12,074 nucleotides of DNA from Candidatus Eiseniibacteriota bacterium. GTDB taxonomy: Bacteria; Eisenbacteria; RBG-16-71-46; DASYSL01. Below the pieces are notes generated by a model that was not told the origin of the DNA, ran no database searches, and saw only the letters and a program-made list of their open reading frames with translations. Where the stretch lies: positions 1-12,074 of the forward strand of contig JANPEF010000048.1 in NCBI GenBank assembly GCA_031431875.1. Direction: 5' to 3'. A program made the translations under genes and the position numbers. Of this stretch, positions 1-7,923 are shown in pieces. How positions within the stretch are numbered: the stretch's first letter is position 1; every line of letters starts with the position of its first letter.

Positions 1-134
1 AGTTCGGTGAGCGGAATCAGGCGCTTGGTCGTGCTGTCGCAGAGCGCCGCCGCCTTCGCCGGCAGGACGGGGGCCGTGAGGAGACTCAGGGCGCTGAGCG
101 GGACGAGGAGGAGGCGAAGCAGGCGCAGGATCAT
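1..134 (-). CDS. Secreted hypothetical protein, 5' part only (runs off the window)
   Basis: ATG at 134 opens MILRLLRLLLVPLSALSLLTAPVLPAKAAALCDSTTKRLIPLTE. It has a basic N-region, a hydrophobic H-region and an AxA cleavage motif (Sec/SPI-like), with GC-rich third codon positions. Translated by hand; not in the ORF track. Confidence 0.75.
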   Translation of the reverse strand, partial: MILRLLRLLLVPLSALSLLTAPVLPAKAAALCDSTTKRLIPLTE

Positions 135-143
135 GGCGCAACA

Positions 144-152
144 AGGGTAGCA
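144..152 (-). promoter_or_regulatory. Putative extended -10 promoter (TG-C-TACCCT) for the secreted protein gene
   Basis: Minus strand reads TGcTACCCT-tgttgcgcc-ATG. This is a TGn plus TAnnnT element 9 nt before the start codon, with no Shine-Dalgarno. Confidence 0.45.
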
Positions 153-178
153 CCTGCGGCGCGGGTCCGGGACGGAGT

Positions 179-322
179 CTACGAGCCGAACAGCCGGCCG
201 GGCTCGGCCAAAGTACTCAGCGGCACTGCCTCGAGGCCCAGGTCGTCGAGCGCGATGCGGATCGAGGGCGTCTGTGTCGGCGCGTCGGCGCCCCGGGGCA
301 GGGCGGGGCGGGCGACGTTCAT
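179..322 (-). CDS. Small hypothetical protein (47 aa from ATG 322; the ORF track extends it to a TTG at 421) or gene remnant
   Basis: MNVARPALPRGADAPTQTPSIRIALDDLGLEAVPLSTLAEPGRLFGS. Mostly G/C third positions downstream of ATG 322, and SD-like GGTGG 9 nt upstream. The 323-421 extension crosses an AT-rich palindrome and looks non-coding. No recognisable family. Confidence 0.35.
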   Translation of the reverse strand: MNVARPALPRGADAPTQTPSIRIALDDLGLEAVPLSTLAEPGRLFGS

Positions 323-325
323 GCG

Positions 326-378
326 ACGAGGCCACCATGAAATTGTGACATGCGATGTCTGTTTTTCATGGTGCTCGT
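326..378. repeat. Long imperfect inverted repeat (operator or RNA hairpin)
   Basis: ACGAG-gc-CACCATGAAA-ttgt-GACAT-gcg-ATGTC-tgtt-TTTCATGGTG-CTCGT. Perfect 10-bp arms at 333-342 and 364-373, inner 5-bp arms at 347-351 and 355-359, outer 5-bp arms at 326-330 and 374-378. Confidence 0.85.
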
Positions 379-415
379 GGTCGTGGACCGGGTCTGCTGG
401 AGCCTCGGGACGCGA

Positions 416-514
416 TGTCAAGCCGGGGGTCGGGGTGGTCCCCGGGGGATGAGCGTACGTTCCGTACGAACCGTACGCACATCCCCGGAAGGGGCAGTCC
501 CTCCGGGCTTTACA
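416..514. repeat. 99-bp palindromic element with TGT...ACA ends (MITE/REP-like or structured RNA)
   Basis: Ends TGTCAAGCC (416-424) and GGCTTTACA (506-514) are inverted with 8/9 match. Inner arms are CCGGGGGATGAGCGTACG and CGTACGCACATCCCCGG. The centre has three CGTACG hexamers at a 9-bp period (454, 463, 472). Confidence 0.7.
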
Positions 515-541
515 ACTCCCCGCTGGAGGCGCCGCAGGCCC

Positions 542-2752
542 CTAGAAACTCGTCCCGAACGCCAGGTGGAAGTGCCAGCGGCGCGAGGTCTTCAGCGGCA
601 GCGACTCGATCGGTGTGCCGTCGAGCAGCGCCTGCAGCAGGTCCCCCGAGTCGACCAGGTCCGCAATCGACGGGTTGAGCTTGTAGCCCACGTCGAACTT
701 GATCGGCCCGACCGGCGTCCCGAGGTCGAGCCCCAGGCCGGTGCCGTAGAACCAGCCCTCGGCCTCGGGCGTCGCACCGGCCCCGTCGAAGCGCGAGTCC
801 TCCGTGCGCACGCGACCTGCGTCGAGGAACGCATGCCAGCCCCACGCGCCGCGCACGCCCGGGAACGGGACGCGCAGCTCGAGCGACAGCGACGCGCGCT
901 CGAAGCCGCCCAGCGGCACGAAGTTGTCGGCCACCAGCCGAATCGTGTCGGCTTCGGTGACCCCGCGCACGTCGGGGACCTTGGGCCCGAGCAGGCGGTC
1001 GCCCCAGCCGCGCACGTCGTCGGTGCCGCCGGCGGTGAACAGCACGTCGCGCAGCTGCAGGAACTTCACCGACGGATCGTCGCCCTCGGCGGGGAGGCTC
1101 TTGCCGAACGGAAACATCTGCCCCGCGCTCAGGCGTCCGGCCAGCGTCATGCGCCCGGGCAGCGGGTAGTAGCCGTGAACGCCGACGTCGATGCGCGAGT
1201 AGTTCGTGCTCGCGACGCTCGGAGGCGCGGTGACCTGGACCGCGGGGCGCACCACGAGGCCGCGCCGCGGGTTCGCCGGGTTGTCGACTCCTCCGCCCGT
1301 TCCCGACAGCGTGAACGTGCTGTTCCACAGTTCGGTCCCCAGCGAATCGAGCAGGCCCTGCGCCTGGTACTGGAGCAGCGTCAGCAGGTCGACATCGCCG
1401 GCGGCGAAGTCGTTCAGCGTGTACTCGTAGATGCGGCGTCGTGCGATCTGGTAGTCGAGCGCGATCGACTTCAACCCGCCCAACCGGTAGATCAGCGTCG
1501 TGTTGACGCCGACCTGCAGCGAGTTGTCGGTCACGTTGTCACGCTTCTCGATGAACGGGCTCACCACGCCGCTCATCCGCCGCATGAGGAACGACGGCTG
1601 CGTCAGGGACACCGACGCTCGGTAGAGCTCGTCCGGGTTTGCCGCCACCGCCCCCAGGCCGGTCTGCGCCACGCCAGAAACGGTGAACATGCGCGCGCCG
1701 CCCATGAAGTTCCGGTGCGTCCAGCGCAACTCCGAGCTGACGCCGGCCTCGGTGCCGTAACCGAGCTGGCCGCTCACCAGGCGCGGCTCGGCCTCGGTGA
1801 TCCGCACGTGCACGGCGACGTCCGCCGGCGGCGTATCGGGCCGCGCCGACAGGGAGTCGGCGGGGGCGGGATCGGGCGTGTCGACCATCGCGACGCGCAC
1901 GATGTCGAGCTCGCCGATGTCGCGCCGCGCGTCCTCGAGCTCTTTCGCCGAGTAGGGATCGCCGTCGTGGAACGGCAGCCGCTTCTCGACCGTGGCCGCG
2001 GAGATGTTCTTCGTGCCTTCGACCGCGATGGGCCGGAATACCGCGCGCCGGCCCGGAGCGACGCGCATCGTCAGGTCGCGCTCGGTGGTCGTGCTGTCGT
2101 CGGACAGCGCGTGGCGCACGCGCGCGAACGGGAACCCGCGATCGCGCCACCACGCCTGCGTCTGCAGTCGGAGTCGGTTCGCTTCCCGCAGGTCGAGCCG
2201 CTTCCCCTCGAGTTTCTCCCAGCGGCCGAGTTGCTTCTCCCACGAGCCCGTTTCGCCCTCGGGAACGGGCAGCGCGACCAGGCTGTCGCGGGCGATCACG
2301 TCGATCCGGCCCAGGATCAACGGCGGTCCTTCGGTGATGACCAACGTCACATCGAGCAGGTTCTTCGCGTCGTCGCGGATCACTTCGTAGCGGATGTCGG
2401 CCTTGCGGAAGCCGGCCTCGCGATAGCGCGAGCGCAACCGCACCACGTCGCGCTGCAGCTCCATCGGATCGAACGGCACCAGCACCGGGCCGGGGACGAG
2501 CGGGAGCTTGCCGATCGCCTTCCGCAACCCGTAGGACCCGCCGCGGTCCTTCGAGACCAGCAGCGGTCGCAGCTCGCGCGAGTCGAGCGTCTTGGTCTCG
2601 GTCCAGCGGAAGTGGATCCCGCTCACTTCGGTCGCACCGTCGATATGTACTTGCGAAGCGGCGGGAGCCGCGAGCAAGAGCGCGAGGGCGAGTGCGATCA
2701 GCACCACGCGCGCGAAGATCCAAAGCCTGGCTTCGCCTGAATTAATAAGCAC
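542..2752 (-). CDS. tamA: Omp85 family (TamA/BamA-like) outer membrane protein with about three POTRA domains and a C-terminal beta-barrel
   Basis: Signal peptide (VVLIALALALLLAAPAAS-Q). POTRA-like segments LQRDVVRLRSRYREAGF, WWRDRGFPFARV and GDPYSAKELEDARRDIGEL. Barrel start GQLGYGTEAG, then WTHRNFMGGAR, loop-6 motif FTAGGTDDVRGW, TPVGPIKFDVGY, and beta-signal FHLAFGTSF ending in Phe. Directly downstream of tamB. The GTG start at 2752 overlaps the tamB end by 11 nt; a GTG near 2707 is an alternative start. The tamA symbol rests on architecture and synteny. Confidence 0.92.
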   Translation of the reverse strand: MLINSGEARLWIFARVVLIALALALLLAAPAASQVHIDGATEVSGIHFRWTETKTLDSRELRPLLVSKDRGGSYGLRKAIGKLPLVPGPVLVPFDPMELQRDVVRLRSRYREAGFRKADIRYEVIRDDAKNLLDVTLVITEGPPLILGRIDVIARDSLVALPVPEGETGSWEKQLGRWEKLEGKRLDLREANRLRLQTQAWWRDRGFPFARVRHALSDDSTTTERDLTMRVAPGRRAVFRPIAVEGTKNISAATVEKRLPFHDGDPYSAKELEDARRDIGELDIVRVAMVDTPDPAPADSLSARPDTPPADVAVHVRITEAEPRLVSGQLGYGTEAGVSSELRWTHRNFMGGARMFTVSGVAQTGLGAVAANPDELYRASVSLTQPSFLMRRMSGVVSPFIEKRDNVTDNSLQVGVNTTLIYRLGGLKSIALDYQIARRRIYEYTLNDFAAGDVDLLTLLQYQAQGLLDSLGTELWNSTFTLSGTGGGVDNPANPRRGLVVRPAVQVTAPPSVASTNYSRIDVGVHGYYPLPGRMTLAGRLSAGQMFPFGKSLPAEGDDPSVKFLQLRDVLFTAGGTDDVRGWGDRLLGPKVPDVRGVTEADTIRLVADNFVPLGGFERASLSLELRVPFPGVRGAWGWHAFLDAGRVRTEDSRFDGAGATPEAEGWFYGTGLGLDLGTPVGPIKFDVGYKLNPSIADLVDSGDLLQALLDGTPIESLPLKTSRRWHFHLAFGTSF

Positions 2753-5700
2753 GGCGCGCCCGGATGAACGAGTTCAGTTCCGACGACTCGCCCTGCAGGT
2801 TCAACAGCAGCCACTGGTAGGCCTCGTACTCGATCTCGACCTGCGTGCGGTAGTTCGTACTGGTCGACGTGTTGTCGTTCTCCTGGTACTGCACCGGCTG
2901 GCGAAAACCCACGTACAGCCGCGAGCTCACGTAGCGGCCCGCCACCAGCGTCGCGCCCTGCACCGCGTCCTGGCGGATCTGCACCACGTCGAGCCCGATC
3001 GATTCCTGCGCCAGGTCCTCGAACCGGCCGGTCACCTGCGCGAGTGCGGTCTGGGCGGCCAGCGTCGTGGCCGTCGTCGACGTGCCCGAGCTGATGTCGC
3101 TGCGCGTTCGGCCGGTCGCGATGAAGGAGATGATCTCGGTCGCCGACATCGCGGGCTCCGACGACATCGTGAGCTTCAAGTCATCGACGCGCCCGGTGAC
3201 GTCCATGCGGACGACCACGTCCGAGCCGTCGCCGTCGCCCGCGCTGGCGGTCTTGTACGTCGTCTGGATGTCGACGGTGTGGCGGTTCGTCGGGCCGTTG
3301 AGCAGGATCTCGCCGCCCGAGAAGTCGAACCGCCGCGCGAACTGCTCGACGTAGCCGTGCCCGGGCACCGGTTCGATGCGGCCGTACAGCTCGGCCTCGG
3401 CGTGCGGCAACTTCCTCACCCGCACGTTGCCGGCAAGCTCGAGTGCCAGGCGCGGCGCCTTGCGTTGCCGGATCCAGGTGTTGCGTTCGATCGTGACGTC
3501 GAGGTCGAGGTCGGATGCCTCGTAGAGCAGGATCACCGGGTCGGACGCCTTCGCCGTGACCGGGCCGAACGTCTCCTCCATCATGCGGATGTCGGCCGGC
3601 GTGAGCCGCACCTCCGGCACCCGGTTCGCCGCCTCCATCATGGCCTCGGTGAGTTCGAACTCCGAGTTCTCGACCGAGGCCTTGCCGCGGACGATCGGCG
3701 AGCCGAGCGTGCCGGTCATGGTCACGTCGCCGGTGGCGACGACGTGCATGTCCTTCGTATTCATCGCCTCGAAGTTTTCCGCGTGCACCTTGAGGTCCGG
3801 CTCGATGCGCGTCAGGCCCTTGATCGTGAGCACGCCATCGCCGCTGAGCGTGCCCTTCTCCGAGTGCACGCGCGCCTCGCGCACGAACACGCGATCGCCC
3901 TCGAGCTCGGCCGTCAGGTTCGCATCGTCGAAGAGGACACCGAGCGCAAGGAGCTCGGCCATGCCTTTCTCGAGCACCAGCCGCCCCTTCCCGGCGAGCG
4001 CCTCGCTGTGCCCGGTCAGGTGCAGGTCGACGTCGAGCGTGCCGGTCGGCGGGCCCACCTGGCGCGGATCGAGAAACGGACCGAACGCGGCGAGGTCCAT
4101 CCGGTCCCCGCGGATGTGCAGATCCACCTCGCCCTCGGCGGCGCGCACGGCAACGATCGTGTCCCCCGGCACGGGCAGGGCGAGCGTGAGCACGAGCGGC
4201 AGGTATCCCGTGTACGTGAGCGACGAACCCGTCGGCGGGGCGAACGCGCCGTCGATCTCGAGTCGGCGGCCGTTCCACTTGATCTGGGTGGTGATCGCGC
4301 CCGCGGGCTGGTCCTGCGCATTCATGATCACGTCGATCGAGCCCTTCGCCTCGGGCGCCGTGGCCGGCCCGCGCAGCGCGAGCGTGCCGTCGATCTCCCC
4401 GCCCACGTTCGGCCGCCCGATCCACGCCGCAAAGAGGTCGAGCCCGAGCGCGCGCGCCTCGACGTCGAGGCTCTGCGTGCCTCGGCGATCCACGATGCCG
4501 TGCGCGCGCACGAGGCCCAGCGCCGAGCCCCGCGCCTCCAGGTCGTCGATCACCAGGCGTTGCGCGCCATAGGCGAAGCGCGCGGGCCGCACCAGCGCCC
4601 ACGACGCCGAGTCGGCCTGGATGTCGGCCTTCGTCAGCGTCACGTGCGTCATCACCGAGTCGAACGCCGTCGTCCCCGCGAGCGCCACGCGGTGCCGCGC
4701 GTCGAGCGTCGCGGTGAGCTCGAACGCCGGCGCACCCTCGGCCCAGCGCGCCACGACCTGTGCGGTCTGCATCCGGACCGCGCCGGCCTGCAGCGCACGG
4801 AGTTGCGCCGTCGCCTGCGCCTGGTCGAGGCGATAGGTGCGATCGAGCGTGCCGTGCGCGACGAGATCCCCGCCGACGAGGCGGTTGCCGTTGATCGCGA
4901 GCGAGTGGATCGCACCGGTCACGTCGAACACCAGGTGCCGCGCCGGGCCGTACAGCCGGGCGTCCAGCAGCGCATGCGACACGCCCAGCGAGTCGATCCC
5001 GACGATCGGCTCGAGCGGCTCGAGATCCTTCACCTCGAACGCGACGTGCACGCCCGCTACCGAGTCGACGACCACGGTCGTGTCGAACAGCGCCAGGCGG
5101 CCGTCCCCGTGCGCCTCCGCCACGTTCGAGTGAAGCAGCAGCGTGTCGAGCGTGGCGATGCCGGCGGCGAGCGCGACGCGCGCCTCGAGCGAGTCGACGC
5201 GCGCGTTCCCGATCCGGCCCTTGGCGACGGCGCGGCCGGTGGCACGTGCGGTGGCCGGGCTCACGCCGTTGCCCTCGGCGGTGAGGCGCAGCGTGCCCTC
5301 GCTCGTCAACGTGTCGGGGCCGCCGGTCAGGTGCGCCAGAGTGCCAAAGGGCACCGTACCGGTCGCGTTCCACGCCGCCGTGTCACCCTCGGCCGTGAGC
5401 GTCGCGGTCCCGCCCCTGGTGCGCACCTCGAGGTCGGCGCCCGCGCGACCGGCGGTGAAGTCGAAGACGCCGTCGACGCCGTCCAGGGATACGGTCCCGA
5501 TGCGCGAGCGCTCGAGGTGGAGGCGGCCGGCCGAGACGTCCGCGCCGCGGCCCATGAACGAGAGCGTGCCGGTGAGGTTGGTGCGCGGCATGGACCCGCC
5601 GGTCCACGGGGCGGCGTCGACGTTGTCGAAGCGCGCCTCCCGGATGTCGTAGCTCGGCGTCGTCTCGAACGGCCTCGCCGTCCCGGCGAACCGCAGGCTG

Positions 5701-7424
5701 CCCGACGGCGACTCGGCCGCGCCCTCGAAGGCAAGATTGCCGCGCGTGAGCACCACCATGGCCTGGCCCTTGTCGACTTGCTGCCCGCGCACCAGCGACG
5801 GGTCCAGCTCGAGCCCCGCCCGCGCGTCGGTCCCGCGGCCCTCGGCGCGGAAGCGGCCGTTGAGGTCGCTGTCCTCCAGGGCGAGATGGCGGAAGCTCCC
5901 GTCGGTGAGGCGGTAGCGGCCGCTCGGGTCGACGCGCACCCGCGCCGCGGCCGCCGCGAGCTGCCAGTCGCCGTAGTGCGAGTCCTTCAGCGTCACGTCG
6001 GCCGTGAAGTCGCCGCCCTGCCCGCGCGCGGTCGCGGTGCCGGAGAGCGCGCTCGGCCCGGACTGGCCCGCGAGGCGCGCCACGTCGAGGTCGTCGAAGG
6101 TGAAGCGCTTCACTTCCCATTGCACGTTGTTGTCTGTGTCGACCGTGCCCACAGCATCCACGGCGCCTGCGGCGCCGTGGAGATAGGCATCGAAATCGAA
6201 TCGTGCCGGCGCGAACCCCTCGCCCCGCACGTGCATCGTCGTCGCGAAGTCGGCGCGCCTTGCGAAGTCGGTCCATCCCGGCATGCCGGCCACGCGGCGC
6301 GGCAGGCGATCGGCGATCGCGGTGAGTTCGTAGGCGGGACGCGTGTCGAGCGGCCGCACCCAGCCCGTGACCTCGACACTCGCCTGCTCGTGCACGGTCT
6401 GGAGCGTGACGTCGGCGTGCCCGCGCGTGAACGTTGCCGAAAGAAGTGTCGCACCCACGGCCTGCGGACCCAGACGTGTGCTGTCGGTGCTCGCCGTGAC
6501 GGTTCCATCGAGCGAGTCAATGCGCGCGCCGGTGAGCGCGATGTGCGCGGTCACGTCACCGTTCAGGTCGAGCCTCGGGATGAAGGGACGCAGGTCCCGA
6601 AGGACCATCGGCGCGGCGTCGGCCGTCAACTCCATGCGCTCGATCCCCGCACCGAGCTCAGGACCTGTCGCGATCGCGCCGTTGCCCGAGAGCTTCGTCG
6701 TGGGGCTCTGCAACGAGAACGTGCTCACCTCCGCCCGTCCGTCACTCACCGTGCCCGCGGCGGTCAGCGTCGCCGCCCCGTGGCGCGCCTCGAGCCGATC
6801 GAGCCCGAACGCCATACGCCCGCCGCCGATCCGCCCGTCGCTCAGGGTGAGTGCGATGTCGTCGATCTGCGGCAGGGAGTCGTCCACGCCGGCGACGAAA
6901 CGCCCGCGCTCGAGCGTGAGCGTGCGCAGTCGGATCGGCTGACCCTCGTAGAAGCGGCCATGCAGGAGATCGCCGAGCGAGAGCTGCACCTCGCCGGGCG
7001 TGCGCCCCGTCGTGTCGACGATATCGCCGGTCACGGTGACGCCGCGCAGGTCGAGCCGCGCGATGTCGATCTGTCCGGTGAACAGCGCCCGCGGGTCGTG
7101 GAACACGCGCAGCGTGTCGATGGAGACCAGCAGGGTGTCGCCGCGCGCGAAGCGGAAGCCGTCGAACTCGAGGTGCTGGAGCCAGTTTCCGCGGACCTCG
7201 CGCACCGTGATCGTCCCGCGGCGCTGCAGCTCGATGCGACCCAGCACGAAGAGGACGGTGCGGGTGCCGATCGCCGGGCTCTGCATCGCGAGGAGGAATG
7301 CCGCGACCACGCCCACCAGCAGCAGCAACGTGCGCGCGAGCCCGCGCAGGACGCGCCGAGCCCAGGGGCGTGGCGTACGGGGCGTCTCGGGGGGGCCGGG
7401 CGGAACCTGGGGCGGGGACGGCAT
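2742..7424 (-). CDS. tamB: Translocation and assembly module TamB (AsmA-like, C-terminal DUF490)
   Basis: 1560 aa. N-terminal membrane anchor (LLLLVGVVAAFLLAM), long Gly/Thr/Ala-rich repeating beta-strand body. C-terminal DUF490-type motifs: GRRF-like ARRFDFSGGEILLNGP, LTMSSEPAMSATEIISFIATGR, IGLDVVQI, LVAGRYVSSRLYVGF, VEIEYE. Adjacent to an Omp85 gene. Confidence 0.93.
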   Translation of the reverse strand: MPSPPQVPPGPPETPRTPRPWARRVLRGLARTLLLLVGVVAAFLLAMQSPAIGTRTVLFVLGRIELQRRGTITVREVRGNWLQHLEFDGFRFARGDTLLVSIDTLRVFHDPRALFTGQIDIARLDLRGVTVTGDIVDTTGRTPGEVQLSLGDLLHGRFYEGQPIRLRTLTLERGRFVAGVDDSLPQIDDIALTLSDGRIGGGRMAFGLDRLEARHGAATLTAAGTVSDGRAEVSTFSLQSPTTKLSGNGAIATGPELGAGIERMELTADAAPMVLRDLRPFIPRLDLNGDVTAHIALTGARIDSLDGTVTASTDSTRLGPQAVGATLLSATFTRGHADVTLQTVHEQASVEVTGWVRPLDTRPAYELTAIADRLPRRVAGMPGWTDFARRADFATTMHVRGEGFAPARFDFDAYLHGAAGAVDAVGTVDTDNNVQWEVKRFTFDDLDVARLAGQSGPSALSGTATARGQGGDFTADVTLKDSHYGDWQLAAAAARVRVDPSGRYRLTDGSFRHLALEDSDLNGRFRAEGRGTDARAGLELDPSLVRGQQVDKGQAMVVLTRGNLAFEGAAESPSGSLRFAGTARPFETTPSYDIREARFDNVDAAPWTGGSMPRTNLTGTLSFMGRGADVSAGRLHLERSRIGTVSLDGVDGVFDFTAGRAGADLEVRTRGGTATLTAEGDTAAWNATGTVPFGTLAHLTGGPDTLTSEGTLRLTAEGNGVSPATARATGRAVAKGRIGNARVDSLEARVALAAGIATLDTLLLHSNVAEAHGDGRLALFDTTVVVDSVAGVHVAFEVKDLEPLEPIVGIDSLGVSHALLDARLYGPARHLVFDVTGAIHSLAINGNRLVGGDLVAHGTLDRTYRLDQAQATAQLRALQAGAVRMQTAQVVARWAEGAPAFELTATLDARHRVALAGTTAFDSVMTHVTLTKADIQADSASWALVRPARFAYGAQRLVIDDLEARGSALGLVRAHGIVDRRGTQSLDVEARALGLDLFAAWIGRPNVGGEIDGTLALRGPATAPEAKGSIDVIMNAQDQPAGAITTQIKWNGRRLEIDGAFAPPTGSSLTYTGYLPLVLTLALPVPGDTIVAVRAAEGEVDLHIRGDRMDLAAFGPFLDPRQVGPPTGTLDVDLHLTGHSEALAGKGRLVLEKGMAELLALGVLFDDANLTAELEGDRVFVREARVHSEKGTLSGDGVLTIKGLTRIEPDLKVHAENFEAMNTKDMHVVATGDVTMTGTLGSPIVRGKASVENSEFELTEAMMEAANRVPEVRLTPADIRMMEETFGPVTAKASDPVILLYEASDLDLDVTIERNTWIRQRKAPRLALELAGNVRVRKLPHAEAELYGRIEPVPGHGYVEQFARRFDFSGGEILLNGPTNRHTVDIQTTYKTASAGDGDGSDVVVRMDVTGRVDDLKLTMSSEPAMSATEIISFIATGRTRSDISSGTSTTATTLAAQTALAQVTGRFEDLAQESIGLDVVQIRQDAVQGATLVAGRYVSSRLYVGFRQPVQYQENDNTSTSTNYRTQVEIEYEAYQWLLLNLQGESSELNSFIRARRAY

Positions 7425-7430
7425 GCTTTC

Positions 7431-7436
7431 AATCTA
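7431..7436 (-). promoter_or_regulatory. Putative -10 element (TAGATT) for a leaderless tamB-tamA transcript
   Basis: Minus strand TAGATT-gaaagc-ATG: a TAnnnT hexamer in a local AT-rich patch 6 nt before the start codon, with no SD. Confidence 0.55.
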
Positions 7437-7533
7437 GCGCAATGGCGGCCCGTGCGGCCCCTGTTCGCCGGGGGCTTCCGAGGCGGACGCGGCCGGGCGG
7501 CGACCCGTCGCGTGGTGATGGTGGGCGAGTGAA

Positions 7534-7923
7534 CTAGTCCTGCGGGGCTCCCGGACGGCGCTGCGCCATGTGCCACAGCACGCCGCACGGATCGTAGACG
7601 TACACCGTGCGCAGCCCCCAGGGCTGCATCGCCGGCGGCTTGGGCGCCTGCACGCCGAACTTCCCGGGCAGGTCGAGCGCCTGCACGTGCGTCCACCACG
7701 CGTCGAGGTCGTCGACCATGAGCTGCATCATGCAGTTCTCGGCCCACTCCTTCGCGTAGCCCCGCTGCAGGATGAAGCCGCCGGAGCCCGCGTTGAAGAT
7801 CGCGACCTCGCCGTCGAGGACCTTGGTGAAGCCGAGCGCCTCGTAGAAACGCTTCGACCGGTCGTAGTCCTGCGTCGGGAGGAACGGGCGGGCGAGTTCA
7901 GTGCCGGTGGGGATGTTGGTCAT
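7534..7923 (-). CDS. VOC family (glyoxalase/bleomycin-resistance) protein, 129 aa
   Basis: MTNIPTGTELARPFLPTQDYDRSKRFYEALGF...MMQLMVDDLDAWW...PPAMQPWGLRTVYVYDPCGVLWHMAQ carries the VOC motifs D..RS..FY..LGF, VDDLD, PWG and DP.G. ATG 7923 overlaps the upstream TGA (ATGA) and has GGAGG upstream. The ORF track extension to 8154 overlaps the upstream gene. Confidence 0.9.
   Translation of the reverse strand: MTNIPTGTELARPFLPTQDYDRSKRFYEALGFTKVLDGEVAIFNAGSGGFILQRGYAKEWAENCMMQLMVDDLDAWWTHVQALDLPGKFGVQAPKPPAMQPWGLRTVYVYDPCGVLWHMAQRRPGAPQD

Noticed and set aside
416..421. Perfect TTGACA on the minus strand as a -35 box
   Set aside because: No TAnnnT at 16-18 nt spacing, and the hexamer is explained as the end of the 416-514 inverted repeat.
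454..480. Three 9-bp tandem units as a possible mini-CRISPR or iteron array
   Set aside because: The units are far too short, with no spacers and no cas or rep gene. Treated as part of the 416-514 element.
478..500. CCGGAAGGGGCAG resembling the SRP (4.5S) RNA domain IV loop
   Set aside because: It lacks the upstream CAGG and the GGAAGCAG internal-loop partner needed for SRP helix 8, and sits off-centre in the larger palindrome.
326..514. Palindromes as integron attC sites
   Set aside because: No RYYYAAC...GTTRRRY core pair frames either hairpin, and there is no integrase in the window.
350..2740. 796-aa plus-strand ORF
   Set aside because: Antisense shadow of the Omp85 gene with no recognisable domain.
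7495..7515. GCGAC-cc-GTCGC dyad after the VOC gene as a terminator
   Set aside because: Short stem, no U-tract, and expected by chance at this GC content.
2592..7532. 1646-aa plus-strand ORF
   Set aside because: Antisense shadow of tamB. It is Arg/Ala/Val/His-rich with no motifs, and such stop-free antisense frames are expected in GC-rich genes.
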